Of a DNA stretch of 40,630 bases, positions 7,664 to 16,637 are shown piece after piece. Where the stretch lies: contig CAZSHT010000001.1 of NCBI GenBank assembly GCA_964606715.1, positions 1-40,630 on the forward strand, in the 5' to 3' direction. How positions within the stretch are numbered: the first letter of the stretch is position 1; each line of letters opens with the position of its first letter. The DNA is from an uncultured Bacteroidales bacterium (GTDB taxonomy: Bacteria > Bacteroidota > Bacteroidia > Bacteroidales > JALTDM01). The notes under the pieces are model-generated. The model was not told the DNA's origin. It worked only from the letters and a program-made list of their open reading frames with translations, and made no database searches. The translations under genes and the position numbers were made by a program.

Positions 7664-10366
7664 TTATTCTTTCACTATCTTCTGTGTGTAGATTTGCCCG
7701 TTATACAGTTCTATTTTTATTACATAGACACCATTTGTCAAAGTTGATATATCAAGTGTTTTTTGAGGTTTTGTTTTTATGACCACAGCTTGTCCTGAAA
7801 GCGTATAAACGGTTAGCTTTCGAATAGCATCTTGACTGTTTATCTGCACATTTTTCTTTGCAGGATTAGGAAAAATAGAAATTGATTTTGAATGTGTCGC
7901 TAAAGTTTTTATACCATCAATGTCTTCCATAGAAGTGATATGTGTTGAAAAAGCACCGTTACCATGTGTACCTACAAGCAATAAACCATCAGTCGTTCGG
8001 TATTGCAAATCATCGACAATGCTAAATCCAATACTGTTACGACCAAGGATATGCCATTCGGTTGTATCACCTGTAAGGTTTTTGCTGTAATACAATCCGG
8101 TGCTTGTTCCTACCATATAAACCGTTCCTGTGGGTAGTGGTAAGATAACAGCACATCGCACCGACGGAGCTATACCGGAAGCATTTGTATTGTGGTCTAA
8201 GTTACCACCTACTCGTTCCCACGAAGTTCCGCCATCGACAGAATGAAAAATACTCCGCACACCGTAATTTGAGAAAACAACCAATATATTATCTGCATTA
8301 TAAGGATGAATAGCAATATCCGACATAAACCCACTAAACCGGTTGCTGGCAATCATTGTTGTTGTAGGATTATCACTATCAGCATTGTCCATACGGTAAA
8401 AATATCTGTTCTTCGAACCAAAATACAGTCGGTGTGCCGGTGTTTGAGATACTGCTACACAGGTGTAAACCGTAGAAGTATGAGCATCTTCATACAGTTT
8501 TTCCCAACCGGTAGAAATAGAATCCCAATGGTTGTCAAGCGGAAGATTGTTTAATGTATTATTTCGCCATAGCACATTACCGGCCGGATAATACATGATG
8601 TTTTCATCATTAACATCAACTGTAAACGGATGGATAAACAATTGTCCCGTAGCACCTATCGGATCGATGCGTTTGAATCCTTCAACTTTTCCTGTATCGT
8701 TGATTTGCATCTTAAATGTTTTTCCTGATTGAATAGATTGATAATAAATATGATCTGAAGCAATATAACTATATGAACCGTCACCATTGAGTGTCATCTT
8801 CCATGGTGCTGCCGTATCGGTACTGTTTACGAAAAAATTGGCATTATCTTGAAACCCTGCTATTTTAATATTGGAGGTACTGTGATGATCCATGTTAATC
8901 GTATAAAGTTGCGTTGTGAAATAACCATTATTTAGTCGTTCCCAAACAACAGGAGTCGTCGTATTGTCATTCGTTAGGTGAATACCACCATCCGAAAAAC
9001 TAATCATACTCTTATCATCGGAAGGAAAGAATGCCAAACCATGTATGTCTGGATGATGATTCTTATAAAGTTGAAAATCGGGGAACGGAGAACCGATTTG
9101 ATAACCACCAATTTGTGTTGTATGATTTCGAGAAACAAAACCGTCGGTAGAACGATACAAATTAGTTCCGCCAATAAATACTAAGTTGCTATCGAAAGGA
9201 CTTACGGCAACAACCAAATCATATCCGCCTTGTGCATAAAAATTGTCGAATGTTGCAGCACTATTGTTTGGAATAGAAGCCGACAAATTTGTCCAAACAC
9301 CATCTGAATCATTTCCATTGCCACGAAGGTAGGTATATTTCCAAAGAGTATTCCATACGGTATCACCTTGCCAAGTTACCGAAGGTTGTCCTTCACCATC
9401 GGTAACCCCTAAAACATATAATGAGTTTTGATTTTGCGGATTCAATCCAATAACGATTCTTCCATAAGAATGAGGAAAACTATCCGGTGTAATTTCTGTC
9501 CAATCTATCCCATCGGCACTACGCCAAATACCTTTTCGTCCGCCATCACTGCTCATTGTTGCATACACTATCCCCGAATCGGAAACCACTACATCGGTGT
9601 AATATGAATATGGGGAATTGGTTCCCAAAGCAATTTGCCAAGTCTCTCCACCGTCATCACTGCGATAGATATATCCCAAAGTCGCTGCATATACAATATC
9701 TGCCGTATCGGTTGACGGATCTAAAGCCAAACGCCATACAATATCCCAATATTTATCAAATGATGCAGGAGTGTTTGAGTTGGTTTCCGTTAAAGGTTGC
9801 CATGTAAGTCCGTTATCTGTTGATTTGTAAAGTCCGTTTCCCAACATATAAGATGCTGCACTCTGTGAGGCTCCTGCTCCCTCACCTGTACCATAATACC
9901 AAATATTGTGTTTCCCCGGGCGTTTATCTTGCACCAAACAAGTAAGACCGGCCACATCTTTTGTCGTTGGCAACAAATGCCACGAAGCCCCTTTGTCGAG
10001 CGATTCCCATAAACCACCGGAAACACTCCCGGCCAAAATCCTGTTTTCATTGTCAACATCTACCACCAAAGCTCGCGTACGCCCTCCCACATTATATGGT
10101 CCAACCCTGTGAAATTTCAATGTTGTTTGTTCCGTAGAACTGCGTTTTAGCAAATAGCGAGCATATTGCAATTCGCGTTGTCGGGCATGAGCAGGAATTT
10201 TTCCTGTCGCCGGATCCTTGAGGCGTTCAAATTCCCATGCTTCTCGATCCGACAAATTGGATAATCCGGTAGCATTGCTTGTTGTAAAATGAGAATTATA
10301 ATGAGCCGTTATGCCGGCACTTAATAATCCGATAACAGTGGCAACTAGAATAATATAATTTTTCAT
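7664..10366 (-). CDS. secreted BNR/Asp-box repeat beta-propeller protein (sortilin/VPS10- or GH74-like) with a T9SS type A C-terminal sorting domain
   Basis: 900 aa with a signal peptide (MKNYIILVATVIGLLSAGITA). Repeated Asp-box motifs of the form S-x-D-x-G-x-T-W: KSTDNGLTWQ, RSDDGGETWQ, RSADGIDWTE, HSVDGGTSWE, ESLDKGASWH. The last ~75 aa (SISIFPNPAKKNVQINSQDAIRKLTVYTLSGQAVV...NGVYVIKIELYNGQIYTQKIVKE) fit the Por secretion-tail pattern. Confidence 0.8.
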   Translation of the reverse strand: MKNYIILVATVIGLLSAGITAHYNSHFTTSNATGLSNLSDREAWEFERLKDPATGKIPAHARQRELQYARYLLKRSSTEQTTLKFHRVGPYNVGGRTRALVVDVDNENRILAGSVSGGLWESLDKGASWHLLPTTKDVAGLTCLVQDKRPGKHNIWYYGTGEGAGASQSAASYMLGNGLYKSTDNGLTWQPLTETNSNTPASFDKYWDIVWRLALDPSTDTADIVYAATLGYIYRSDDGGETWQIALGTNSPYSYYTDVVVSDSGIVYATMSSDGGRKGIWRSADGIDWTEITPDSFPHSYGRIVIGLNPQNQNSLYVLGVTDGEGQPSVTWQGDTVWNTLWKYTYLRGNGNDSDGVWTNLSASIPNNSAATFDNFYAQGGYDLVVAVSPFDSNLVFIGGTNLYRSTDGFVSRNHTTQIGGYQIGSPFPDFQLYKNHHPDIHGLAFFPSDDKSMISFSDGGIHLTNDNTTTPVVWERLNNGYFTTQLYTINMDHHSTSNIKIAGFQDNANFFVNSTDTAAPWKMTLNGDGSYSYIASDHIYYQSIQSGKTFKMQINDTGKVEGFKRIDPIGATGQLFIHPFTVDVNDENIMYYPAGNVLWRNNTLNNLPLDNHWDSISTGWEKLYEDAHTSTVYTCVAVSQTPAHRLYFGSKNRYFYRMDNADSDNPTTTMIASNRFSGFMSDIAIHPYNADNILVVFSNYGVRSIFHSVDGGTSWERVGGNLDHNTNASGIAPSVRCAVILPLPTGTVYMVGTSTGLYYSKNLTGDTTEWHILGRNSIGFSIVDDLQYRTTDGLLLVGTHGNGAFSTHITSMEDIDGIKTLATHSKSISIFPNPAKKNVQINSQDAIRKLTVYTLSGQAVVIKTKPQKTLDISTLTNGVYVIKIELYNGQIYTQKIVKE

Positions 10367-10396
10367 GATAAGTAAGAATTAAGATACTTAATGAAA

Positions 10397-10404
10397 CAAA
10401 TTTA
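10397..10404 (-). promoter_or_regulatory. -7 box TAAATTTG for the BNR/T9SS gene
   Basis: The plus strand reads caaattta, whose reverse complement TAAATTTG is an exact TAnnTTTG match. It lies 31 nt upstream of the ATG at 10366. Confidence 0.4.
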
Positions 10405-10509
10405 ATGTTTTTGGTGTGATTTTTTATTAAAACACTCATTTTCTTTTAAATATGTCATTTTGATTTACTTTTTTCCGGCAAAGCCGTATCGTTTAAACAG
10501 AAAAAATAC

Positions 10510-10517
10510 TATTTTTG
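10510..10517 (+). promoter_or_regulatory. -7 box TATTTTTG for the tandem tRNA-Leu genes
   Basis: Exact TAnnTTTG match, 22 nt upstream of the mature 5' end of the first tRNA. Confidence 0.45.
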
Positions 10518-10538
10518 CATCCGCTCTTTAACATCTTT

Positions 10539-10622
10539 GCCCAGATGGCGAAATTGGTAGACGCGCTAGTTTCAGGGACTAGTAATCGCAAGATTGTGCA
10601 GGTTCGAGTCCTGTTCTGGGCA
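10539..10622 (+). tRNA. tRNA-Leu (anticodon CAG)
   Basis: Hand-folded cloverleaf. Acceptor stem GCCCAGA/TCTGGGC plus discriminator A; D-arm GGCGAAATTGGTAGACGC; anticodon stem CTAGT/ACTAG with loop TTCAGGG; long variable arm (class II); T-arm with GGTTCGAGTCC. CCA is not encoded. Confidence 0.93.
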
Positions 10623-10638
10623 TTACAAAAAAACTCCT

Positions 10639-10724
10639 GCCCGGATGGCGGAATTGGTAGACGCGCTAGGTTGAGGGCCTAGTGACCGTTTTTGGTCGTG
10701 CAAGTTCGACTCTTGTTCCGGGCA
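10639..10724 (+). tRNA. tRNA-Leu (anticodon GAG)
   Basis: Acceptor stem GCCCGGA/TCCGGGC plus A; anticodon stem CTAGG/CCTAG with loop TTGAGGG; long variable arm; T-loop AGTTCGACTCT. It starts 16 nt after the first tRNA and is followed by TTTTT. Confidence 0.93.
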
Positions 10725-10728
10725 CTTT

Positions 10729-11631
10729 TTATTGCTTTTGCTTGCCCACAATAATCAGTATTGCTCCCAAAATAACAACAATGCCACCGATAATTTGGCT
10801 AATCATCGGAAGATTGCCGAACCACAAATAACTGATTAGCAGAATCAAAAAACTTTTGCTGCTTCCTATAACACTGCTCTTGCTGACTTCCAAATATTGC
10901 ATGGCATAATAACCTGCCAAAACCGCAAGAAACGGTCCCAATAATGAGCCTGCCAACACATTCATAAAGCCTTCTTGCGAAATGATTAGAGAACGATGCA
11001 TTATAACCATCAGAAAAGAAAACGACAAAAACAAAAATACCGATCGATTGACAGATAACACCCACGGATGAATTTTTTTGATTTTGTGTTTTGTAATAAC
11101 CGTCCCGACAGCAAAAATAAATGACGACAGCAAAACCAAACCGGCTCCTTCAGTAAAAAAAACAATCCATGAGAAATCGGGCTTATAGCTAATGATAAAT
11201 GCTCCCATTAGTGTTACGACGACACCCGCAAACTCCAATCGTGTGAAGCGTTCTTGCAAAAACAAAAATCCCAATAACGCCACAAACAACGGTCCCACAT
11301 TACCGATGAACGATACGACTGCCGGATTTTCCAATTGTTTTATGGAATAAAAAAACAACCCCGTAGAAACGACTTCCAATAATCCTAACAGAGGCAAGTA
11401 GATTCGTGTATTTCTATCGACAAAGACTTCGGCTCGCAACTGAGGTCGCACCAAAAACAATGCTACATTCCACACAATAGCAAACAAAAACCAATAAAAT
11501 CCAAATTGAGCAAACGCCATCTTGTTCATTGCTGCCTTGCTGAAAATGTAAACATTAGAAATGGCCAACATCGACAGAAACAGAAACAAATATCCTTTGG
11601 TAAGATTTTTTACTGGCATTTTATTGGTCAA
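10729..11631 (-). CDS. EamA/DMT-family (drug/metabolite) transporter
   Basis: About 10 predicted TM helices in two similar halves, with an EamA-like size and pattern. The track start at 11631 is a TTG. An in-frame ATG at 11619 (MPVKNLTKGYLFLF...) is the more likely start. Confidence 0.7.
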   Translation of the reverse strand: MTNKMPVKNLTKGYLFLFLSMLAISNVYIFSKAAMNKMAFAQFGFYWFLFAIVWNVALFLVRPQLRAEVFVDRNTRIYLPLLGLLEVVSTGLFFYSIKQLENPAVVSFIGNVGPLFVALLGFLFLQERFTRLEFAGVVVTLMGAFIISYKPDFSWIVFFTEGAGLVLLSSFIFAVGTVITKHKIKKIHPWVLSVNRSVFLFLSFSFLMVIMHRSLIISQEGFMNVLAGSLLGPFLAVLAGYYAMQYLEVSKSSVIGSSKSFLILLISYLWFGNLPMISQIIGGIVVILGAILIIVGKQKQ

Positions 11632-11676
11632 ATTTTGAGTTCGTTCTTTAAGAATTTTTTTACGGGATAAACGATT

Positions 11677-12429
11677 TTATTTCTTGAAATAATTAAGCGT
11701 TACTTGTTCTCCGTCGAATTCGGCATATGAAAAATTATTGAGCCAGTCGCCCAAATAGATGAGTTTTGTCTTGTCGGACAACATTTTCTCCAAAGCGACA
11801 TGACGATGGCCGTAAATAAAAAAATCATAATGCGAAGTTTTCAGCAATTCTTTGGAATGAGAAATCAATGATTCTTTTTCTTCACCAAGATAGTCGAGAT
11901 GGTCTTCGCCTTCGGCATAACGGCTTTTGTGTGACCAGTAATGTGCTAATCCCACGCCTATATCGGGGTGAAGCCAACGAAAAAGCCATTGGGCTACCGA
12001 ATTGGTAAATAGTTTTTTCAACCACACATAACCTTTGTCGAAAGGTCCTAAACCATCGCCGTGTGCCAAATAGAAACGCTTGCCTTCGATTTCCAAAGTC
12101 TGTGGCGAATGAAAAACTTTTAGACCTATCTCTTGTTCAAAATAGCCATATTCCCATAGGTCGTGATTGCCTACAAAAAAATATACGGGAATGCCGTTAT
12201 CGGTAAGATGTGCTAATTTCCCCAACAATCGCGTAAATCCTTTGGGAACGACTTTCTTGTATTCAAACCAAAAATCAAAAATATCGCCCATCAAATAAAT
12301 GGCCTCTGCCGTAGGTTCTATTTCGTTGAGCCATGCCACCAATTTTTTTTCTCGCACAAGACTTTCCTTTTCATTGGGAAGTCCCAAATGAGCATCTGAT
12401 ACAAAATATAGTTTCTTTCCGTTTGTCAA
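11677..12429 (-). CDS. lpxH: UDP-2,3-diacylglucosamine diphosphatase (lipid A biosynthesis)
   Basis: 250 aa calcineurin-like metallophosphoesterase with the motifs FVSDAHLG, MGDIFDFW, VGNHDLW and GHRH, arranged as in LpxH. The start codon is TTG, and there is no nearby in-frame ATG. Confidence 0.85.
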   Translation of the reverse strand: MTNGKKLYFVSDAHLGLPNEKESLVREKKLVAWLNEIEPTAEAIYLMGDIFDFWFEYKKVVPKGFTRLLGKLAHLTDNGIPVYFFVGNHDLWEYGYFEQEIGLKVFHSPQTLEIEGKRFYLAHGDGLGPFDKGYVWLKKLFTNSVAQWLFRWLHPDIGVGLAHYWSHKSRYAEGEDHLDYLGEEKESLISHSKELLKTSHYDFFIYGHRHVALEKMLSDKTKLIYLGDWLNNFSYAEFDGEQVTLNYFKK

Positions 12430-12531
12430 ACTAAAAAATTAAAGTCTAAAAATAGATAAAAATCGTATATCATTAATATAAATTTCGAAAGGGTTTGTGG
12501 GATTAACTTTTTAAAGCCCGATATTATTGTG

Positions 12532-12539
12532 TATTTTTG
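12532..12539 (+). promoter_or_regulatory. -7 box TATTTTTG for the HhH/beta-barrel gene
   Basis: Exact TAnnTTTG match, 17 nt upstream of the ATG at 12556. Confidence 0.45.
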
Positions 12540-12555
12540 TTGCAAGCAATGATTT

Positions 12556-14661
12556 ATGAACAGTCGTTTGAAGATATTTTTTGCAGGCTTGTTTCTTGTG
12601 CTTGCAACGGCTACGCAAGCACAAGAACAACAGACTATTGATGCGGTGGTGCAACAAATTGTAGAATCGTTGGCAGAATCGCAATCGGAAGATGCTCCTG
12701 CTCCCGATTATCAAGAATTGTATGAGGCATTGTCTTATTATTGGGAACACCCTTTGAATATCAATACTGCTACGAAAGATGATTTTGAAAAATTGTTGTT
12801 TCTCAATGCGTTTCAAATACAGAACCTTCTGAAATACAGGCATCTATACGGAACTATCGTGTCGCTTTATGAATTGCAAGCTGTCGATGGATTTGACCAA
12901 ACGACCATACAGCATCTTTTGCCTTTTATTACACTTGCCAAAGATTCGAAAAATCAACCTGACACACATTCTTTTAATCGATGGAAATATGCTCAGCATC
13001 AGATTATTGCAGAAACACATCGGGTATTGCAAACACAGAAAGGTTATTTGCCACAAGACAGTGCCTATCGCGCCTCACACCCCAACGCTCATTTTTTGGG
13101 AAACCCATACCGGTATTATGTTCGTTACAAAGGTAACTTATCGCACCAATGGTTTTGGAATATAACGATGGAAAAAGATGCCGGCGAACCATTTTTCAAA
13201 ACACCTAATCGCTCGGGATTCGACTATTATTCGGCACATTTGTTTTATAGGAACAACAGCGGTATTTTGAGAAAAGTAGCTCTTGGCGATTATCATTTGC
13301 AATTTGGTCAAGGATTGGCATTGTGGTCTTCGATGAGTTTCGGAAAATCTTCTATGGTGCTCAACACAATGAAATCGGCGATGGGCTTAAAACCGTATTC
13401 TTCGACCGATGAGAATCGTTTTTTTAGAGGCATAGCAACTGCCCTGAATATCGGGAAATCAACATTAACCGTATTTTATTCCAACAAAAAAACAGATGCT
13501 CGCATTCTTGATGAAGACACTATTTCGTCGAGCGACGAACAATGGGTTTCATCGCTTCAAAATACAGGGTATCATCGTACGGAAAGTGAGTTTGCGGGAA
13601 AAGATGCTTTGGGCATGCAAGTATGGGGTGGACATTGGTCGTTACATCGATTTCAGCATATCAAGATAGGGCTTACGGGTGTTCATTATCATTTTTCGAT
13701 GCCGTTGGAAAAATCAGAAAAACCATATCGACAATATCGTTTTTCCGGCAATGATTTGACGAACTTAGGAGTCGATTATCAATATGCCATAGGTGATATA
13801 TATGGTTTTGGCGAGGTGGCACGAAGCGACAACGGGGCTTTGGCTATGCTCCATGGTATCAATTTTTCGTTAGCCTCCAACTTTATGCTCTCTACGCTGT
13901 ATCGCCATTATGCTCGTAACTATCAATCTATTTATACGGCACCGTTTGGCGAAAATGCTTTGCCCGAAAATGAACAAGGATTTTATTTGGGATTTACTTC
14001 GTTTCCGGTAAAATATTGGACGGTGTCGGCTTATGCCGATATGTTTCGGTTTCCATGGTTACGATATGGTGCCGATGCTCCGTCGAATGGTTATGATTAT
14101 CTGACAATGATAGATTTTCAATCGGCACAAGACTGGTCGATGCATTTGAAATTACGGTCGAAGATGACCGAAAAAAATAACCGTTTGGAAAATAATCCTA
14201 TATCGGAGGTGGTGCCGGTTGTTACCACGAAGTTGCGTTACCATATTGACTATCAGGCAAATAAAAATATTATTCTTAAAAGTCGTGTGGCGTGGACATT
14301 TTACCAAAAGCAAGAGATTAAAAAAACAGGATTTTTGGTTTACCAAGACATTCTCTACCGTCCGCCCGAAAGTCGTTTGTCATTGGCTTTTCGAATGGCA
14401 TTGTTTCAAACCGACGGTTATGATGCTCGTCTGTATGCTTACGAAAATGATGTGTTGTATGCATTTTCGGTACCTGCCTATTTCGATACGGGGAAACGGA
14501 CTTATATTTTGCTAAAATATGATTTCTCCAAAAACTTATCGGCATGGATACGCATATCGGCGTGGTTTTACGACAACAAAACGACGATTTCTTCCGGTCT
14601 GAATGAGATAGACGGACACAGCAAGTCAACGGCAAAGTTTCAAGTTCGCTATAAATTTTAA
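12556..14661 (+). CDS. helix-hairpin-helix (ComEA-like) domain protein fused to a large predicted outer-membrane beta-barrel
   Basis: 701 aa with signal peptide [23 protein letters not shown]. HhH-like segments [32 protein letters not shown] and [22 protein letters not shown]. The remaining ~550 aa show alternating aromatic/polar strand-like patterns and end in KFQVRYKF, a terminal aromatic residue typical of BAM substrates. Confidence 0.7.
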   Translation: MNSRLKIFFAGLFLVLATATQAQEQQTIDAVVQQIVESLAESQSEDAPAPDYQELYEALSYYWEHPLNINTATKDDFEKLLFLNAFQIQNLLKYRHLYGTIVSLYELQAVDGFDQTTIQHLLPFITLAKDSKNQPDTHSFNRWKYAQHQIIAETHRVLQTQKGYLPQDSAYRASHPNAHFLGNPYRYYVRYKGNLSHQWFWNITMEKDAGEPFFKTPNRSGFDYYSAHLFYRNNSGILRKVALGDYHLQFGQGLALWSSMSFGKSSMVLNTMKSAMGLKPYSSTDENRFFRGIATALNIGKSTLTVFYSNKKTDARILDEDTISSSDEQWVSSLQNTGYHRTESEFAGKDALGMQVWGGHWSLHRFQHIKIGLTGVHYHFSMPLEKSEKPYRQYRFSGNDLTNLGVDYQYAIGDIYGFGEVARSDNGALAMLHGINFSLASNFMLSTLYRHYARNYQSIYTAPFGENALPENEQGFYLGFTSFPVKYWTVSAYADMFRFPWLRYGADAPSNGYDYLTMIDFQSAQDWSMHLKLRSKMTEKNNRLENNPISEVVPVVTTKLRYHIDYQANKNIILKSRVAWTFYQKQEIKKTGFLVYQDILYRPPESRLSLAFRMALFQTDGYDARLYAYENDVLYAFSVPAYFDTGKRTYILLKYDFSKNLSAWIRISAWFYDNKTTISSGLNEIDGHSKSTAKFQVRYKF

Positions 14662-15863
14662 GCAGAAACAGGATGTTGGTCTAAACGCTCTTTTGCATAT
14701 TCCAATGTCAGATGAAATGTTTTTTTCTTTGACGAAGGAGCTTCAAACATTGCATCGGTCATGATGGTTTCGCAAATAGAACGCAACCCTCTGGCACCCA
14801 ACTTATTCTCTGTCGATTTTTTTACAATATAATCATATACTGCGTCATCGATTTTTAGGGTAATCCCGTCTAATTCAAACAATCTTTGATATTGTTTTAT
14901 TAAGGCATTTTTAGGTTCCAATAAGATACGCCGTAGGGCTTCCTTGTCCAACGGTTGCAAGTGTGAAAGCACCGGCATTCGGCCTAAAATTTCAGGAATC
15001 AAACCAAAAGCATGTAAATCTTGATGAGTGATATATTGCAAAAATTGCTCTTGATTTAGTTTTGCGTTTGTTTGCAGAGCCTTGAATCCCACTGCTTTTG
15101 TGTTGAGGCGATTGGCAATAATTTTTTCAATACCGTCGAAAGCACCGCCGGCAATAAACAAAATATGTTTTGTATTGACTTGTATCATGCGTTGTTCCGG
15201 ATGTTTGCGTCCACCTTGTGGCGGTACATTTACAACCGTTCCTTCCAAAAGCTTCAACAGTGCTTGTTGCACGCCTTCACCCGACACATCACGAGTAATG
15301 GAAGGGTTATCGGATTTGCGAGCTATCTTATCAATTTCATCAATAAAGATGATGCCTTGTTCGGCGTGTTCTACATCGTAATCGGCTGCTTGTAACAATC
15401 GCGTCAGAATATTTTCAACATCTTCACCCACATAACCGGCTTCGGTAAGTACCGTTGCATCGACAATGGTAAACGGCACATTCAATAAACGGGCAATTGT
15501 TTGAGCAATAAGGGTTTTCCCTGTTCCTGTTTCGCCAACCAACATAATGTTGGACTTTTCAATCTCCACATCATCTTTTTTATTGGGAAGCAAAGTGCTG
15601 TTGATGCGTTTATAATGATTATAAACAGCTACCGAAATTACTTTTTTGGCAACATCTTGTCCAATGACATAATCGTCGAGAAATGCTTTTATCTCTTTTG
15701 GTTTTGGAATAGAGAGTTGTTGCCGGGCTTTGTCCGATATTTTGTTTTCTTGTAAAATATTGTGAGCTGCCTCAATACAGATATTGCATATCTCTCCGTT
15801 AACACCGCTAATCAAAAATTCTACTTCCGATTCTTTTCGTCCGCAAAACGAGCAAGTTTTCAT
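14658..15863 (-). CDS. clpX: ATP-dependent Clp protease ATP-binding subunit ClpX
   Basis: 401 aa. N-terminal zinc-binding CSFCGR...CNICIE, Walker A GETGTGKT, Walker [10 protein letters not shown], and ClpX-specific collinearity throughout. It starts 3 nt after the clpP stop. Confidence 0.97.
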   Translation of the reverse strand: MKTCSFCGRKESEVEFLISGVNGEICNICIEAAHNILQENKISDKARQQLSIPKPKEIKAFLDDYVIGQDVAKKVISVAVYNHYKRINSTLLPNKKDDVEIEKSNIMLVGETGTGKTLIAQTIARLLNVPFTIVDATVLTEAGYVGEDVENILTRLLQAADYDVEHAEQGIIFIDEIDKIARKSDNPSITRDVSGEGVQQALLKLLEGTVVNVPPQGGRKHPEQRMIQVNTKHILFIAGGAFDGIEKIIANRLNTKAVGFKALQTNAKLNQEQFLQYITHQDLHAFGLIPEILGRMPVLSHLQPLDKEALRRILLEPKNALIKQYQRLFELDGITLKIDDAVYDYIVKKSTENKLGARGLRSICETIMTDAMFEAPSSKKKTFHLTLEYAKERLDQHPVSA

Positions 15864-15866
15864 ATG

Positions 15867-16556
15867 TTATTTCTTCTTTTTAACTTGTTTTGTAGCCACC
15901 AAAACTTCATCAATCATACCGTATTTCTTAGCTTCTTCGGCTGTCATCCAAAAATCTCGATTAGCATCTTTTTCGATGCGTTTCATGGTATTTCCCGAAT
16001 GACGAGCAATGATTTCATACAATTCGGTACGCAATTTTACTATTTCTTTTGCCGTGATTTCAATATCGGAAGCTTGTCCTTCGGCACCTCCCATCGGTTG
16101 GTGAATCATTACTCGAGAATGTGGCAATGCGGAACGATGTCCTTCGGCACCGGCACAAAGCAATACTGCTCCCATAGAAGCGGCTAGCCCCGTACAAATA
16201 GTTGATACGCTAGACGAAATATATTGCATCGTATCATAAATCCCCAGACCTGCATATACCGATCCTCCGGGGGTATTCAGATAAATTTGTATTTCTTTCG
16301 ATGGATCAATAGATTCCAGAAATAACAACTGAGCTTGTACGATATTTGACACATAATCATCGATAGGAACACCTAGGAAGATAATTCTATCCATCATCAA
16401 TCGTGAAAAAACATCCATTGTTGCAATATTGAGTTGTCGTTCTTCAATAATGGTAGGTGAAATATACGAGTTGATGGTATTGGCATATTTGTCGAGAGTT
16501 AAGCTGCTGATGCCAAGGTGTTTCCCTGCAAATTTTTGAAATTCATTTTGTTTCAT
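15867..16556 (-). CDS. clpP: ATP-dependent Clp protease proteolytic subunit ClpP
   Basis: 229 aa. Catalytic Ser context TICTGLAASMGA, His context RVMIHQPMGG, and conserved RDFWMTAEEAKKYG. Confidence 0.97.
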   Translation of the reverse strand: MKQNEFQKFAGKHLGISSLTLDKYANTINSYISPTIIEERQLNIATMDVFSRLMMDRIIFLGVPIDDYVSNIVQAQLLFLESIDPSKEIQIYLNTPGGSVYAGLGIYDTMQYISSSVSTICTGLAASMGAVLLCAGAEGHRSALPHSRVMIHQPMGGAEGQASDIEITAKEIVKLRTELYEIIARHSGNTMKRIEKDANRDFWMTAEEAKKYGMIDEVLVATKQVKKKK

Positions 16557-16577
16557 AATGATTAGTTTTTTTGGGGT

Positions 16578-16605
16578 ATAAAAAAGCCCGAATTAATTCG
16601 GGCTT
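16578..16605 (-). terminator. rho-independent terminator or attenuator between tig and clpP
   Basis: A 22-nt perfect palindrome, aagcccgaattaattcgggctt (16584-16605). On the minus strand it is followed by a T-run (the plus strand shows ataaaaa at 16578-16583). The plus strand has no U-tract, so it is unidirectional. Confidence 0.7.
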
Positions 16606-16637
16606 AAAGATATGGATTTTTCTTTGAAAAGAAAACT

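Noticed and set aside
10539-10724. Possible integrated element at the tRNA-Leu genes, since tRNAs are common attachment sites.
   Set aside because: I saw no integrase, no direct repeat of a tRNA 3' end, and no compositional break. The flanking genes are ordinary (BNR cargo, EamA transporter, lpxH).
15762-16187. A 141-aa plus-strand ORF spanning the clpX/clpP junction, plus other short ORFs antisense to clpX, tig, nifJ, acnB and the BNR gene.
   Set aside because: All are nested antisense within strongly supported genes and lack motifs or regulatory signals.
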